Source: Microthyrium microscopicum
Lineage: Eukaryota
Length of the DNA stretch: 64,000 nucleotides
Direction: 5' to 3'
Assembly (NCBI GenBank): GCA_010405405.1
Contig: MU004235.1
Coordinates: 572,538 to 636,537, forward strand
Every line of letters begins with the position of its first letter. Position 1 is the stretch's first letter. The notes beneath the pieces were generated by a model. That model did no database searches. It saw nothing but the letters and a program-made list of their open reading frames with translations, and had not been told where the DNA came from. Positions 1 through 13,800 of the stretch are shown one piece after another. The position numbers were made by a program, and so were the translations under genes.

Positions 1-404
1 TCCGGAACGCCACAACGATTCGACAGGGTAACATATCAGCAGAGCAGGTGGAAGAAGATCCCAAAAATCGATTGCCACATTCTGCAACAAGTGAAGAAAT
101 CACTTTGGGGTGTCACAAGTACCTGCGGGACCATCAATAGGTGTGACGCCTGTCAACTTTCCCAAGCAGCTGTGCTGCAGATTTAGCGTGGATTCGGGGA
201 CACACTTGAAACGACACAGAACAACCAGTCTTCAGATCCGATACCATCGTATATAGAAAGACGCAGGTCTCGTTGGATTTCACCAAACATAGGCGACTTT
301 TGAGAGCCTTGTTTCCTATACTCCGTTCATTGTTCAATCATTTTGGAAACCTATCCTTCACCACAAGTCTTTCACTGGTTCTTTTTCATACATTGGACAT
401 ATGA

Positions 405-2258
405 ATGCCTACATCAGACGACACAAAAGGTAACCGGCGCTTACCCGCCGCGCTGGCGAATACCAAACATGCCGAAAATACTCTTGGTTCGTGGAAGAGT
501 GCCTACATTCGTACGGAGCGTAGCTCAGACGACATTCCAGCCTCGGCCTCAACATTATACACTCCGGAAAATGAAAAGTTCGATATACCGCCGCCTGATG
601 GAGGCACAAAGGCATATCTTTTCATGCTTACTGCTTTCATTATCGAGGCTGTTATGTGGGGTAAGTCCACTGCTTTCATATCATACTTTCGTCACTCTCG
701 ACCAAGGAAATGTTTTCTTTGCCTTTTCCTTCCTTTCGTTAATTCCTTGCTCTTTCGGACTTGAGAATTATGCATGCTCCCTGAGTCTATCTTACCCCGG
801 AAAACGTTGGGGCCGTACGCACCCTTCTGCATGTTCAGTCTGGAGTTGTTACAGGACCCTAGCCCATGAATCGCAACACCATGCTAATGCAGGATATACA
901 GGATTTCCACTTACCTCAAGTGGAGTTTTTACCTCATACTACAACAAGCAAGACAACTTTGCTAGCAATGCATACATTGCTGTGATCGGTACTCTCGGAA
1001 CCGTAAGTTGCAACTCTGGTCAACCAGAACACTCAGCCTTGTACTAAGGTACCCACCAAAGCACAAGGCTGACCAATCCCGGTCGAATCCAAAACCTCTT
1101 AGCCTCACCATGCTGACTCTTTTGCCCTAGGGAATCCCATTCCTTGGTGCGCCAATCATCACTCCATTTTGTGCCAGATTCCACAGGTACCAAAGGCAAA
1201 TGATATGGACCGGATGGATTATGTGCATGGCGTCCCTGACCGCCGCCAGCTTTTCAACTACCATCTGGCAGCTCATCATCACACAGGGCCTAGGCTATGG
1301 AGCGGGATTTCTCATTCTCTACTACGCCCTACTGAGCATGCTCAATGAGTGGTTTGTTGAGCGTCGTGGTCTTGCATATGGCGCTTTGTTTGCGGCAGCC
1401 GGTCTTAGTGGAACCGGTCTGCCCTTTCTCATCGACGTCTGTCTAAACCGATTTGGCTATCCATTGACGCTACGAGGCTATGCAGTTGCAATACTCGTTC
1501 TGGTTGGACCAACGCTACCGTTTTGTCGTGGAAGACTACCCTCGCCTTCGAATCCCCAGTTCAGCAAGATCCAGTTTTTGAGCGTGTTCAAGAACCCGAT
1601 TTTTTATTTCTTTTCGCTGTCAAACATCTTTCAGGGACTTGCCTTTTACCTGCCTGGTCTTTTTCTCACGATCTACGCTGAAACACTCGGCATCAGCCCC
1701 CTCAATGGCGTAGTACTGCTATGCGTACTCAACCTCGCCATGGTCGTCGGCCAAATTGCGACCGGTTGGTTGTCTGACTGTGCCAACATATTCATTCTGC
1801 TCCTCGTCTCTACGCTTGGCTCCGCAGTGCTTGGATGCGTTCTCTGGTACATCGCCAAGGACATGCTGTACCTCATCTTCTTCGCCATACTTTTCGGTGT
1901 CTTTGCCGGCGGATACACAGTCATGTACACGCGATTCTGCTCGGCATGTACCGACGATCCAGCAACAACACTTTGGCTCTACGGCATCTTCGCATTTGAG
2001 CGAGGCATAGGCATCGTCGCCGCAGGACCTTTGGCAGCTGAGCTCTTGCATTTCATCGACCGCAAGCTGCACGTAGAAGCATCTCCGCAAGGATACCGAA
2101 CTCTGATACTGTTCGTTGGCGTGTGTCTACTTGTGAGTGCTGTCGGCAGTTTTGGATACTTCTGGCGCCATCGTGCACTCGGATTAGCCAACAAGCCGTG
2201 CAAAATACGCCCCAGGAAAAGTCAGATCCGACTGCAAGCGCAGGCGCAGACATTCTGA
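405..2258 (+). CDS. MFS transporter, monocarboxylate porter (Mch/MCT-like); exons 405-660, 902-1002, 1131-2258
   Basis: N-terminal PPPDGG motif, many hydrophobic segments, EWFVERRGLAYG motif. Two GTAAGT..AG introns join the ORF pieces in frame (AVMW|GFPLTSSGVF..GTLGT|GIPFLGAP). Confidence 0.85.
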
Positions 2259-5200
2259 TACCAGTGCGCTGACCATGATATACCCACGGCTGTTTCCTGA
2301 CGATTATTTTTAGTAATGTTTTATATTTGGCTTGCTTCCTCCTCTTCTTTTCACCCCTCAGCTATCCTTACCCGAACATCTTTTGTTGCTTAGCGGGAGT
2401 AAGCTTGGGCTTTGTTGGGTAGATTTAACCCCTTTGATTTACCGTCAAAATGGGCTGGAGTTGCGTGATCAGTCTCGTCCAGTTTGTCGAGGCTAGATGA
2501 TTTTGCTTTTCAAGTCGTTCATGTATTGACATGTTGGGTGGCTTGCATTTCGATGAGGATCCAGGATGGCGGTAAAAGTCATGAATCACACATACATTAG
2601 AGTAGAAATTCATAATGAACCTTAGATCTCGAATTTCTTGACAGCCTTGACGATCGCACGTGCAGTTTTGCCTTGACAGCAACTAAACTTCTTCCAATGG
2701 CTCGGATGATACAAGCAGAGGGCTATTGGGATGCTCGCCCTTTCGTGTAACTGCAGTTCAACGAGCGCGAAGACTTTCGAAACGCCTTTCTCCTTTTCTA
2801 CCAACCTTGGAAGATAGTCGCTGGGACTTACACAGTGTAGAGCTCTGGGTTTAGTCCTACTAGCAGATATGACGAAAAAGTGGCTTGAATTTGGTGGTTG
2901 AGTTGCCATATCTTGCTCGTCTCTAGAGTTCCAGACTGATGCTGTGGTTGACAACTTGCTTTTTAGTTCTCGATCGGTCTTGACGAGCTGAGCAGTCAGA
3001 AGAGGGATCGTACCGTTGAGATGGGTGCAAACCACATTGCAACTAGTGAAAAGGCCGGAGTTCGCATCAGCCTCTGCGAGCACGAAAAGAGAAGCGACAA
3101 TTACGATTCTGTTGAAAGACCGCGCTAAGTCTCTAGCTCTTCAACTCCAACCGTTGTTGTGTCCGAGGAGATTGGGAAAAGATGAGCCAAAGATCACCTC
3201 AACTAATGCTCTTCGGATCGTGATGGTGCGCGTGCTGATAATCGGTCGTGACAGATCCATCAAGCACCTTCATCATAGCCGCGCGGTCCTGGTAACGATG
3301 TAAATAAAGGCATGAGGGTGACGTTAGAGGTAAAAGAAAAATCAACAGGATCTTGGCACGTCAAACGAAATGTTCTAGAAAGAACTTGGCGTTTTGCCAA
3401 AGTAGGCAGTGGAGGCATTGTCCCAGCCACATCGGGAAGCTTCCCCACGTGTTGAGCTAAATGCGGAGGAATCAAGTTCAGGGAAAAGATCAAAGTCTAG
3501 ATCTCCTTAGCCAGGAACCTGCATCCATTTCCATCGCTACAGCTTCCCATCCATATGCAGGTCCGCAGATCTGATTTATGTTCTTTTTGGATTGTACGTC
3601 TTATGAGCTCATTTGGGTCACTGAATGCCTGCTATTCGCTCAATCTGACAATTGCGCCAAATGAGATTTTTGAAAGGCGTCCGCCACGACTAGGCCATAA
3701 TCAGCAGGACCCGGGGATGGAAGCTTGACGATAATAAAGTCAGACACGCGCAGGGACGACTCAGGGTAGGGATTTCCAAGTTCCATGGCAAGGTATTCAT
3801 GCAGATAGTATCAATACAGATCGCTCATCGAGATCACAGAATAGAAGCTCGCACAAGTCGGCAATTCCCAATTGTGTTACATACTGCGGATGATCTGGAG
3901 TCTGAATGCCGCATCCTGTAGGGAGTGGTGTAGGTACGGATATCCAATGATTGGAGGCCCAACGGGAAACCAACAAACACAGCCTCAATTGGAAGAATCC
4001 AACCTACGGCACAGAAGTCGAGAGCTTGAAGCTGCGGCTCCTTGGCGCGGCATTGCATGGAGTTGAATATTTCAACCTTGGTCATGTAAAGTGACGATAC
4101 AAGTATTGCCGCTATTAAATTGCAATATATTGTTCATGACGCCAAAAGATAGTTGCGCCCCTGTCTTGAAAGGGGATCCAAGCAAGGACTAGCGTGTGAA
4201 ACGCCAAAAGCTTGTTCGTCTTGGTCCGCTGTTGAGGCGTTCGATCTCGACTCCAATGGTTGTTTCTTTTTGCAAAGCGTTATTTCCAGCAGGTTTGACT
4301 CCTGAGGGTACAGCAACAATGCGCTTGTGATGGTGAACGGTGGAGGTATCGTCCAATGTAATGCCTTGTACCGTTGAATTTTGTTTGTTTCTTTTACACA
4401 CCACTCAGATGTTTAAATCATCTCAACCAATGTTTTGTGGCTTAAGTTTTGCATGATATTCACGCGCAATTCAGACTAAAACCAGGTTGTTCTTAACCTG
4501 TTCCCACTGTCTTTATCTTAAGGTCTAGATTTATGTTGTGTTATTCTGCGCAGTATTAAACTTCATCAGTTGTCTCTCTCGTTTTTGTTTTGGAAGTCAA
4601 AACTGTTATACATTAATTGCCCATCAAATCGTGCTGCGCCAGCAATCCTGCCTTATAGCATACCTTGTCGACCTATTCAATCCAAGGCTCCAAGCGCAGC
4701 TACTACTGGGGAATATCTTTGGTATATACGAAGGAACATGATCTAATACTGGATTAACCCTGAGGTTGCAAATCCTGTTGGCGGCGCTGTCACTTGGTGT
4801 CTAGACTCTAGAGCATCGCTCCTTCCAAATCGTCCCCGTGGCACTTGCCTCCCAGGTTGGAGGCTGAACAGGGCAAGCACTGCTCTGTGCCTCCCTTTTG
4901 ATCGTCCATCACCCAATCACCGCCTATCGTCAACGTCCGCCCTGTTGTACTTTCCCTGCTACAAATATATTACTCTCCCCACAGAATAGACACACTGGTC
5001 GCCCACCTGGCTACTCTATCCTCTTCATATAATCACCAACATCCTCACCCTCCCTTTCGCCCGTCTCACTGGCTCTATATTCCCATCCCCTTCCATCGAA
5101 GCCATCGCACCCTTCCATCCCGTTGGTACTACGCCGCTATCTTCAACTTGTCCGACAGTTCACCGCCTCGACTAAACCGATTGTTATCTTCGCAACTCCG

Positions 5201-5311
5201 ATTGCTGAAACGCTCATACAGTCCCATCTCTAGTCCCGAGGTTGCCATCAGCTGTTCCTGGATTCATCACACATTCGTCTGGCCTGAGCGTGTTCAGGCT
5301 TGCTCAACATC

Positions 5312-6409
5312 ATGTCAAACTTTCCGTCTACTGTAACACTATCTTCGCCGCCTCACAATGGAACCGCCAAACCACATCATCGTGTTCCACACTTTGCTGC
5401 GATACCCAACGAAGCCATTTCTTTCCTCACACCATACTCAGGCCTTCTCCTGACGTTATGGCTCATAATTCTCTATGCCATCAAGCGATATTTCCTGGAA
5501 ATGTTCCTCTTCCCCAGATGCTATAAACAGCTGTACAAATCGATGGAGGATTCAGTACGGCGTGGTTTTTTGGTGCACCATATCTCGGCTGGAACGAAGG
5601 TTGTACTATTGATCGTGGGAGCAAAACCATTCTCTGATGTCGTGTTTGGCAAATCGAGCCTTCACGACCGGTACTCCAAATACACTGCCAGGCCAACCAT
5701 GGGCGACATGCTGTTGGTTCTTACACAACTGTTCGTTGCGTTATATCTGTTTGAGCTCATGATAAGAAAGTCACCGTCACCGATTGCAGTGTCTCATCAT
5801 GTGGGTGCGGTTGTTATTGCCCAGGCAGCCGTCGCACTCAGCCTTCAACTTGACAAGGAAGCCAATGCCACAATGGAATACGTCTTGTGTCTTGTTTGGG
5901 CAGCCTTTGACGTTCTGGCCGAACTTTGGCTCAACGTGGCTTTTATCTTGTACCGCATTTATCCGAAAAACTACGCTCTTATGGCCTACGTCTTTGGTAG
6001 TACCGGCATAATATCGATCATGGGAACTGTCGCCGAGACTGTTATGGTCATGACTTTGTTCGGCCAAAGTTGGGACCAGTGGGATATGAGCTTCAAAGTG
6101 GTGACCCCAATTCTTCACGTGCTCTTCACCATTGCCCAGATCCACGCTGCAAGGATTCTTTTCCACTTTTGGATGAAGTACAAGAAACTTTTGGCGGAAG
6201 AAGAACGCGACCTAATGGATCCGGAAGGCCGTATGCCAAAACAGAAAGATGGCACTAAGGCTGGTACCATATTGACGGAGGAACCGATCCTAGGGGAGTC
6301 ATCCAGTACTACACCACGGGAAGCCAGCTTGGATGTTTCGCAAAATGAAAAGCCAAAGAAGTTGTCGGTTGTTGGACATATCAACAAGTTTTTCACCGGG
6401 AGATCATGA
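5312..6409 (+). CDS. Multi-pass membrane protein, possibly TLC-domain-like
   Basis: Intronless 365-aa ORF from ATG 5312 with about 6-7 hydrophobic helices and paired His motifs (LVHHIS, SHHVG). Family assignment is tentative. Confidence 0.65.
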   Translation: MSNFPSTVTLSSPPHNGTAKPHHRVPHFAAIPNEAISFLTPYSGLLLTLWLIILYAIKRYFLEMFLFPRCYKQLYKSMEDSVRRGFLVHHISAGTKVVLLIVGAKPFSDVVFGKSSLHDRYSKYTARPTMGDMLLVLTQLFVALYLFELMIRKSPSPIAVSHHVGAVVIAQAAVALSLQLDKEANATMEYVLCLVWAAFDVLAELWLNVAFILYRIYPKNYALMAYVFGSTGIISIMGTVAETVMVMTLFGQSWDQWDMSFKVVTPILHVLFTIAQIHAARILFHFWMKYKKLLAEEERDLMDPEGRMPKQKDGTKAGTILTEEPILGESSSTTPREASLDVSQNEKPKKLSVVGHINKFFTGRS

Positions 6410-8092
6410 TGAAGAAACAGTCCTAGGAGGCGCGCGTTATATCCTTTTCTGCTATTCCTCAGTTTGCATTCGTATACCCAGCGAGGAGTTTGGCAGGTTG
6501 AAACTTGAAAAGCATATATAGAAACTAATTACTCAATTTCACCATTTTACCACACGATTTGATACTCTCATCCGGATGAAGGCGGGTCGATGAAGAAGAC
6601 ATAAGCCAGAATGCAGTCCGGCATAGTCATGGTGATAGCAACGACGTTTCAACGAGTAGATAGCAAAGAACAACGAGAAGCTTCTTCCCATTATTAGGAT
6701 GAGGAGGTTGAAGTGTCGTTAGATCTCCGCATTCTTCATGGCACACTAACGCTGGTCATTGTTCTTGGCATCCTCGATTACTAAATGGGACTAGCTTGAT
6801 CTCCATATCAACTTCTCTACATAACCTCTATCTCCCGGCACTGTACCTCTTGACTGACATGTTCTGAATTGTCGTTCTTGGTCTGGGACTTCTTCTGAGC
6901 TACACCCTAAAATAGCCTGTCAGGCGATCTCTTTAGACCTAGAAACTTGTGGCTTCAAGCCGCGAGGCAGACCTGAGCGGTTTCGAGCATTTGTGTTTCA
7001 TTGTTGTATCATCTACTTCCACAATCTGGCCCCAAGCCGGTGGCTTACCTTCAAGTCCTCCGGCTTGCTTCGCAAAGTTCGCATGGCCACAAACCGTGTA
7101 TGAACTCCGAAAAATTCTGGTGGCTCTGAAATCATCTATGCGAGTCGACATACCATCACTTGGGGGCGCCGAGCACCTCCCCTTGACTATATGGGGATTG
7201 ATGCAATGTCAACTAATGTAACAGCTTCTTCGACTAGACATGAACTAATCGTTCGTGCTGCATGCAGCGCGAGTCCCATTCCTTCCTGTCAGCTGGGGCT
7301 TCTGGCTCGTGCAGTATCAGGTTTATAGTGTTCTAGGGTCAATTCCCACTACACGAGACAGTTTCCAAGCCGATCTTCGCCCAATCACTCAAGCTGTAGC
7401 TGTATGCTAGCTAGACCTTTGTATCTGGCTTTCGGATATGCACATCATTAATTGAAGAATGTTCGGGTTCATATTACTCTCCACAGATAATCAATGAAAA
7501 GAGCAAGGATGGTTTTACCAAGAAGAATCAAGAGTTCAAAGATTTTTGACAGGCATTTTCCAACCCCGGAGACTAATTCGACATTCCATTGGGCTGTTGT
7601 CGAAACTCTGCAGCTACTTTTCTAAACCAAACACGCTCCACGTCTAGCCTGGCCTATCCTGCGACGTCCTTGAGGTATGTCTGGCAAGATTGAAGGAAAC
7701 ATACTTACCAACAGACATCTATTTGAAAGACATTGTCTGTGTGAGCTTCATTCTCACCCTCTGCAAGATCAGCATGGACATATTCTGCCATCGGAGTTTA
7801 CAGCCCCGGGCACAGTTCGTCGGTTCTCTGCTTCAATATATGGAATGTTAACCCAGCCTTGTCCAACATTGCTACTGGTTGGCCAAGAGGATGATTTGTT
7901 AACTGCTTTAAGGCGAATTTCAATGACACCTTATTGTTTTTGAATCGTGTTCTTGTTGCTTTTGTGGTAACTTCGTCTCTCGAGCGTTCCAAAACCATTG
8001 TGATTCGCATATACCAATTCCTTTATATAAATTTTGATTTTTAGAGCTCCTTTGCTTTCACATGAACCATTGAGTTCATAGCCAACAGGAAG

Positions 8093-9548
8093 ATGGCGTT
8101 CACAAAGAGCCTCATCGCACTACTACCACTCTTCAATCTATTCCTCCAATCATCAGCCATAGCCATCGTAGCTGATAGCATATGTCCAATTCCCTACATC
8201 GTCCCGCGAGCTTTCTCCTACTTCTCCGACCCCACAGACGAATTCCTCGACGAAGATGACCTCCCAATAACCGTCAAGCTCGCTTCTCCCAGCGCAGGCC
8301 ACCCACAATGGATCTCGAGCATGCTTCTCCGCACCCGGCCTAACATTTGGACTCTCGAACCATACTGCATGCGCAGCCTCGAAGCACGCCAGGACATCTG
8401 CGTTTATACATCCACCTGGTTCGCCCAAGGTCGCGGTATCTCGTTCGTCGCCATACCGTCTGAAGGTCCACTCGTCGCCACAGCTCCCGTTTTGAAGAAT
8501 CAGATGACGCATCAATTCGACACTTGGGTCAATCCAGAGAACGACCAGCGCATCGAGCGTGTGCCGATTCCGAACAAGGGCTTGGGAACACTTTCAAGAC
8601 ATCACTTCGAGAGGGGTGATGCAGCGCAGAGCTTTACGCCGGTCCTGTGCATCCAGGACGGTGTGATGCAGATGAAGCTAGGCAGCTATGAGCAGAACAC
8701 AACACTGAATCGTGGGGCGGCAAATCTGCCGCCTAAGAGCAGGACGTTAATGCTGGAGCTGCATGGGCAGTTTGGCGGAAATCCGGTATATGATAAGGTT
8801 AATACCAATGCGTTCAACGCGGCCATTGGAAGTAGTCAGCAGGCGTATTGGAGCGTATATCCAGAGACAGCAGTAAGTGTCAACCCGAATACATAAAAAA
8901 CGAGGCTGACATAATGTACAGCGATATAACCATGATTGCCGACCAAATACCATGTACTCCATCGACGAGCGCGATCTTCTCCACAACCTAAGAGTTGGCC
9001 GCAAAATCATCCCCGGCGAAGAAATCACCCTCTCCTGTAAGTCTTCAATTAGCACTTCCACTTTCCCTACTAACCGTCTAGATCTCGCACCAAACATGAT
9101 GTCCGAAGAACGCAAACAGCGCATCCACGCCCAATGGGGCTTCAGCTGCTCCTGCCCCTCCTGCACCGCCCCCAAAGACGTCAAAGAGCTCTCCGACTAC
9201 CGCATCGGCATGATCGAGACGCTCGAAACCGAGCTCAACGACCTCAGCCTCGACCGCAACGCCTCCATTTCCACCGCCGAGATGTTGATCTCACTCCACC
9301 AACAGGAGCGACTAGACGGCGTTGTCGGCGATGCGTACATGTATGCTGCATTTGAGCATGCGTATATTGGCGATAAACGGGGCACGCAGATGAATGCGGC
9401 GCTGGCGTGTGAGCATATGGCGATTTGGAGGGGCACGAATCATCAGTATTATCAGGCGATGCAGAGGTTGCTGGTGAATCCAGAGGCGGAGAGGAGTTGG
9501 CAGTACTTTGCGAGGGTGAAGAGGGGAGAGGTGCTGCCGCTTGGTTAA
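8093..9548 (+). CDS. SET-domain (SMYD/Set5-like) lysine methyltransferase with signal-peptide-like N-terminus; introns 8873-8921, 9037-9081
   Basis: Spliced product contains NKGLG, NTNAF, RYNHDCRPN, GEEITLSY and the post-SET WGFSCSCPSC. N-terminus MAFTKSLIALLPLFNLFLQSSAIA is hydrophobic. Confidence 0.85.
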
Positions 9549-9914
9549 AGGTACTGTGTATGTTAGCAGGCAACGGTTAGTGATTTGCTCTCATTTTGGC
9601 TGGGGATATCTGGTTAACATCGAAGGCGTTGGAGGCGACACCAGGGGTCCATATGGTGCTGCAGAACGATATAAATATACCGCGTAGATTTAAAAAAGAA
9701 TTTCTGCCTCGCTCATGATATGCTCCAGCGTCTTTTCTGTGAAAAGCCATGAAAGTGGTCAGCACAAAACTCGGAGTGTTGGTGAAACAAGGGATCTCAA
9801 TTGACAGTTTTCATTGAGCTATTCTTCCGCTTCATGCAATGACAGGACGGTATATCCCATGAATTTTTACTGAAACCGTGCAGACCCGAACTCCCACCAT
9901 TCCCATGTTCACGT

Positions 9915-10477
9915 CTATGATCGCTTCTTGCTGCTGCTTTGTTGATTCTCCTTGAGCACCTTCTTGACAATCTTCTGCTCCTCGATGAGGAAGGCTCGGA
10001 CGACACGCTCGCGCACACAGTTGGCGCATCTTGATCCACCATAGGCGCGCTGAACGGTCTTGTTTGGGCGGGAGATGGTAGCGTATTGACGGGGTCGGAG
10101 GGCGGGAATCTATTGTTACTTGTCAGTTATGTTCGACTGTGGCTTGCTGCTGTGATATTCGAGGGAGGAGTTGTGGTCGTGGATGTTTTGTAGAAGAACG
10201 TACGCCTTGAAGCTTGTTGCCGCAATCACCGCCTATTGAAAACCATTAGCACCACTATTCTGCCGATCTGTTCTTTGAGATCGTACATTTCTGGGGAGTT
10301 CCGCGCTTCTTGATGTGAAGATACCGCAATTTACCACCTGGAGTCTTGATGATGCGGGTCTTGAGGGAGGTGGTATTGTAAGTGTGGCGGCGACGCTGTT
10401 TATCGGATGTTAGCCCAGACTCCTAGTTTTCTAAGTGATTGATAATTGCGTACGTATGTCAATCGAGTGTCCGGCAT
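9915..10477 (-). CDS. RPL34: 60S ribosomal protein eL34; exons 10477-10454, 10395-10287, 10232-10204, 10109-9915
   Basis: Spliced translation [108 protein letters not shown]. Three GTACG..AG introns. Not represented correctly in the ORF track. Confidence 0.95.
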
Positions 10478-10813
10478 TTTGGCTGTAGAGAATGTGGAGA
10501 TATGGTGGTTGACTTGTCGCGAAAATTGACTTGGTGATAGTTTTGGGAGGTTGTGTTTGCTTGGGGCTACTACAGCGGAGAAAGGTTGTTGCGGACTCCG
10601 AGATCTCGAATGCCAAGCCCTGGCTGTTTTGAAAGCTACAATTTTCGTAACGCTAGCTCCAAACAGGCAGCTCCTCGATCATAAAAAACGTGATTGTGCA
10701 TTGACCATCCCAGCCTGAGAACTCGCCTCGCATATTCATGCATTAAGATCAAAAAGTTCGTTCACCCACTTCTCCACCATCATCAACTTCTCTACCATCA
10801 CCCCACAACCATC
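10478..10813. promoter_or_regulatory. Compact bidirectional promoter region between RPL34 and PRP8
   Basis: Only 336 bp separate the two divergent ATGs (10477 and 10814). Confidence 0.6.
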
Positions 10814-13800
10814 ATGGCACCGCTACCGCCTCCTCCAGGCTGGGCAGTGCCTCCACGGGGTATTCCTCCTCCACCTCCCCCGGGGTCAGCTCCCCCTCCT
10901 CCTGGCTATCAACCAATCGCCAATCCACAACTTGCAAAGTTCGCGCAAAAGAAGAAAGAATGGCTGCGGATGCAACGACAGCGTTTTGGCGAGAAGCGCA
11001 AGGCCGGCTTCGTCGAGACGCAAAAGTCGGACATGCCTCCTGAACATTTGCGCAAGATTGTACGCGACATTGGAGATGTTTCCCAGAAAAAGTTCAGCAG
11101 CGACAAGCGAAGCTATCTCGGTGCGCTCAAGTTTATGCCACATGCCGTGCTGAAGCTTCTCGAAAATATGCCGATGCCTTGGGAGTCCGCTCGCGAGGTC
11201 AAGGTGCTATATCACGTCAACGGTTGCTTGACAATTGTCAATGAGAGTCCTCGAGTTATCGAACCGATCTTTTTCGCGCAGTGGGCCACAATGTGGACGG
11301 TCATGAGGCGAGAAAAGAGCGATAGGCGATTGTTCAAGCGTATGCGGTTCCCACCGTTCGATGACGAAGAACCACCACTGTCCTGGTCGGAGAATATCGA
11401 GGATGTTGAACCGTTGGAACCCATTCAGATGGATCTCGATGACGAAGAAGATGCAGCCGTCATTGAGTGGTTTTATGATCATCGGCCGTTGTTGGACGAT
11501 TCAGATGAGACGAAGCAGGTTACTCCTGGCTATAGAAAGTGGAACCTCACATTACCTCAAATGGCAACACTACACCGGCTCAGTACTCAACTACTTAGCG
11601 AAGTTGTTGATCAGAACTATTACCACATGTTTGATACCAACAGCTTCTTCACAGCAAAGGCCCTCAATGTCGCCATTCCAGGTGGACCGCGCTTCGAGCC
11701 TTTGTACAAAGATATTGATCCCAATGATGAAGATTTCGGCGAGTTCAATGCTATTGATCGCATCATTTTCCGAGCACCTGTCAAAACCGAATACCGCGTT
11801 GCTTTCCCTCATTTATACAACTCTCTTCCCCGAAGCGTCAAGATGTCTTGGTACTCTCACCCGCCTGTAGTGTATCAGGAAGCGAAAGATCCAAGCCTCC
11901 CCGCCTTCTACTTCGATCCCAATATCAACCCTATCTCTTCCCGATCCGTTGCACCAAAGAATCTTACTCGCAGCCACGAAGATGAAATATTCGAAAATGG
12001 CGAAGACGAATTTGAGATGCCTCCTGAAGTGGAGCCTTATCTCGGAGACGAAGAGCTGTATGATACTGAGACTTCCGCTGCAATCGCCCTCTGGTGGGCA
12101 CCACATCCATTCAATCGACGCTCCGGACATACAGTGCGAGCTCAAGACGTACCACTCGTTAAACACTGGTATCTCGAGCATGTTCCCGAAGGTCAACCAG
12201 TCAAGGTTAGGGTCTCATATCAGAAGCTGCTCAAGAACTATGTTCTGAACGAATTACACAAGCGACCAGCAAAAGCACAGAACAAGCAAAACTTGATAAG
12301 AACCTTGAAGGGAACGAAGTTTTTCCAACAAACTTCCATTGACTGGGTCGAGGCTGGTCTTCAAGTCTGCCGGCAAGGTTTCAACATGTTAAATCTTCTC
12401 ATCCATCGCAAGAACTTGACGTATCTTCACTTGGATTACAACTTCAACTTAAAACCTATCAAGACCTTGACGACAAAAGAGCGCAAGAAGTCACGTTTTG
12501 GAAACGCTTTTCATCTCATGCGTGAAATTCTGAGACTGACAAAGTTGATTGTGGATGCTCAAGTTCAATACCGTCTAGGCAATATTGATGCTTTCCAATT
12601 GGCAGATGGCATTCTTTATGCTTTCAACCACGTTGGTCAACTTACAGGCATGTACCGGTACAAGTACAAGCTCATGCATCAGATTAGATCCTGCAAAGAT
12701 TTGAAGCATTTGATCTATTATCGTTTTAACACCGGCTCGGTCGGCAAAGGTCCCGGATGTGGTTTCTGGGCACCAGCGTGGCGAGTCTGGCTATTCTTCA
12801 TGCGAGGTATCATTCCTCTCCTAGAGCGATGGCTTGGAAACTTGCTGTCTCGTCAGTTCGAAGGTCGTCACAGCAAGGGTGTTGCAAAAACCGTCACCAA
12901 ACAGCGAGTAGAATCTCATTTCGATTTGGAACTGCGAGCATCCGTCATGGCAGATCTCATGGACATGATGCCGGAAGGAATCAAGCAGAACAAGGTCAAC
13001 ACTGTTCTACAACATCTCTCAGAAGCATGGCGATGCTGGAAGAGCAACATCCCGTGGAAGGTGCCCGGTTTGCCTGCTCCAATTGAGAATATTATTTTGA
13101 GATACGTCAAGAGCAAGGCCGATTGGTGGATTTCTGTCGCCCACTACAACCGTGAGCGTATTCGGAGAGGTGCAACTGTTGACAAGACTGTGGCGAAGAA
13201 GAACCTTGGGCGACTTACTCGGCTTTGGTTGAAGGCTGAACAAGAGCGACAGCACAATTACATGAAAGACGGTCCATACGTGTCCTCTGAAGAGGCTGTC
13301 GCAATTTACACAACGACTGTCCATTGGCTCGAGTCGCGGAAGTTCCAACCTATTCCATTCCCAAGTGTTTCGTACAAGCACGACACCAAGATTCTCATTC
13401 TAGCACTCGAGCGTCTACGAGAAGCTTACTCGGTGAAAGGACGACTCAACCAGAGTCAACGTGAGGAACTGGCACTTATTGAACAGGCCTATGATTCTCC
13501 ACAACAGACATTGACCCGCATCAAGCGTTTCTTGCTTACACAACGAGCTTTCAAGGAAGTCGGCATCGATATGAACGACAACTACAGCTCCATCAATCCC
13601 GTCTATGACATTGAGCCCATCGAGAAAATCACCGATGCCTACCTGGATCAGTATCTATGGTATCAAGCAGATCAACGCAATCTTTTCCCAGCTTGGATCA
13701 AACCTTCAGACTCAGAAGTTCCACCACTTCTGGTCTACAAGTGGTGTCAAGGTATCAACAACCTGGACAAGGTATGGGAGTATGAAAATGGTGAATGTGG

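Noticed and set aside
1065..1095. tRNA-like GGTCGAATCC in MFS intron 2
   Set aside because: Not a proper T-loop and no cloverleaf can be built. I found no tRNA or rRNA genes in the window.
2622..3303. ORFs of 95-153 aa in the first large intergenic gap
   Set aside because: Non-ATG starts and no recognisable motif or splice structure.
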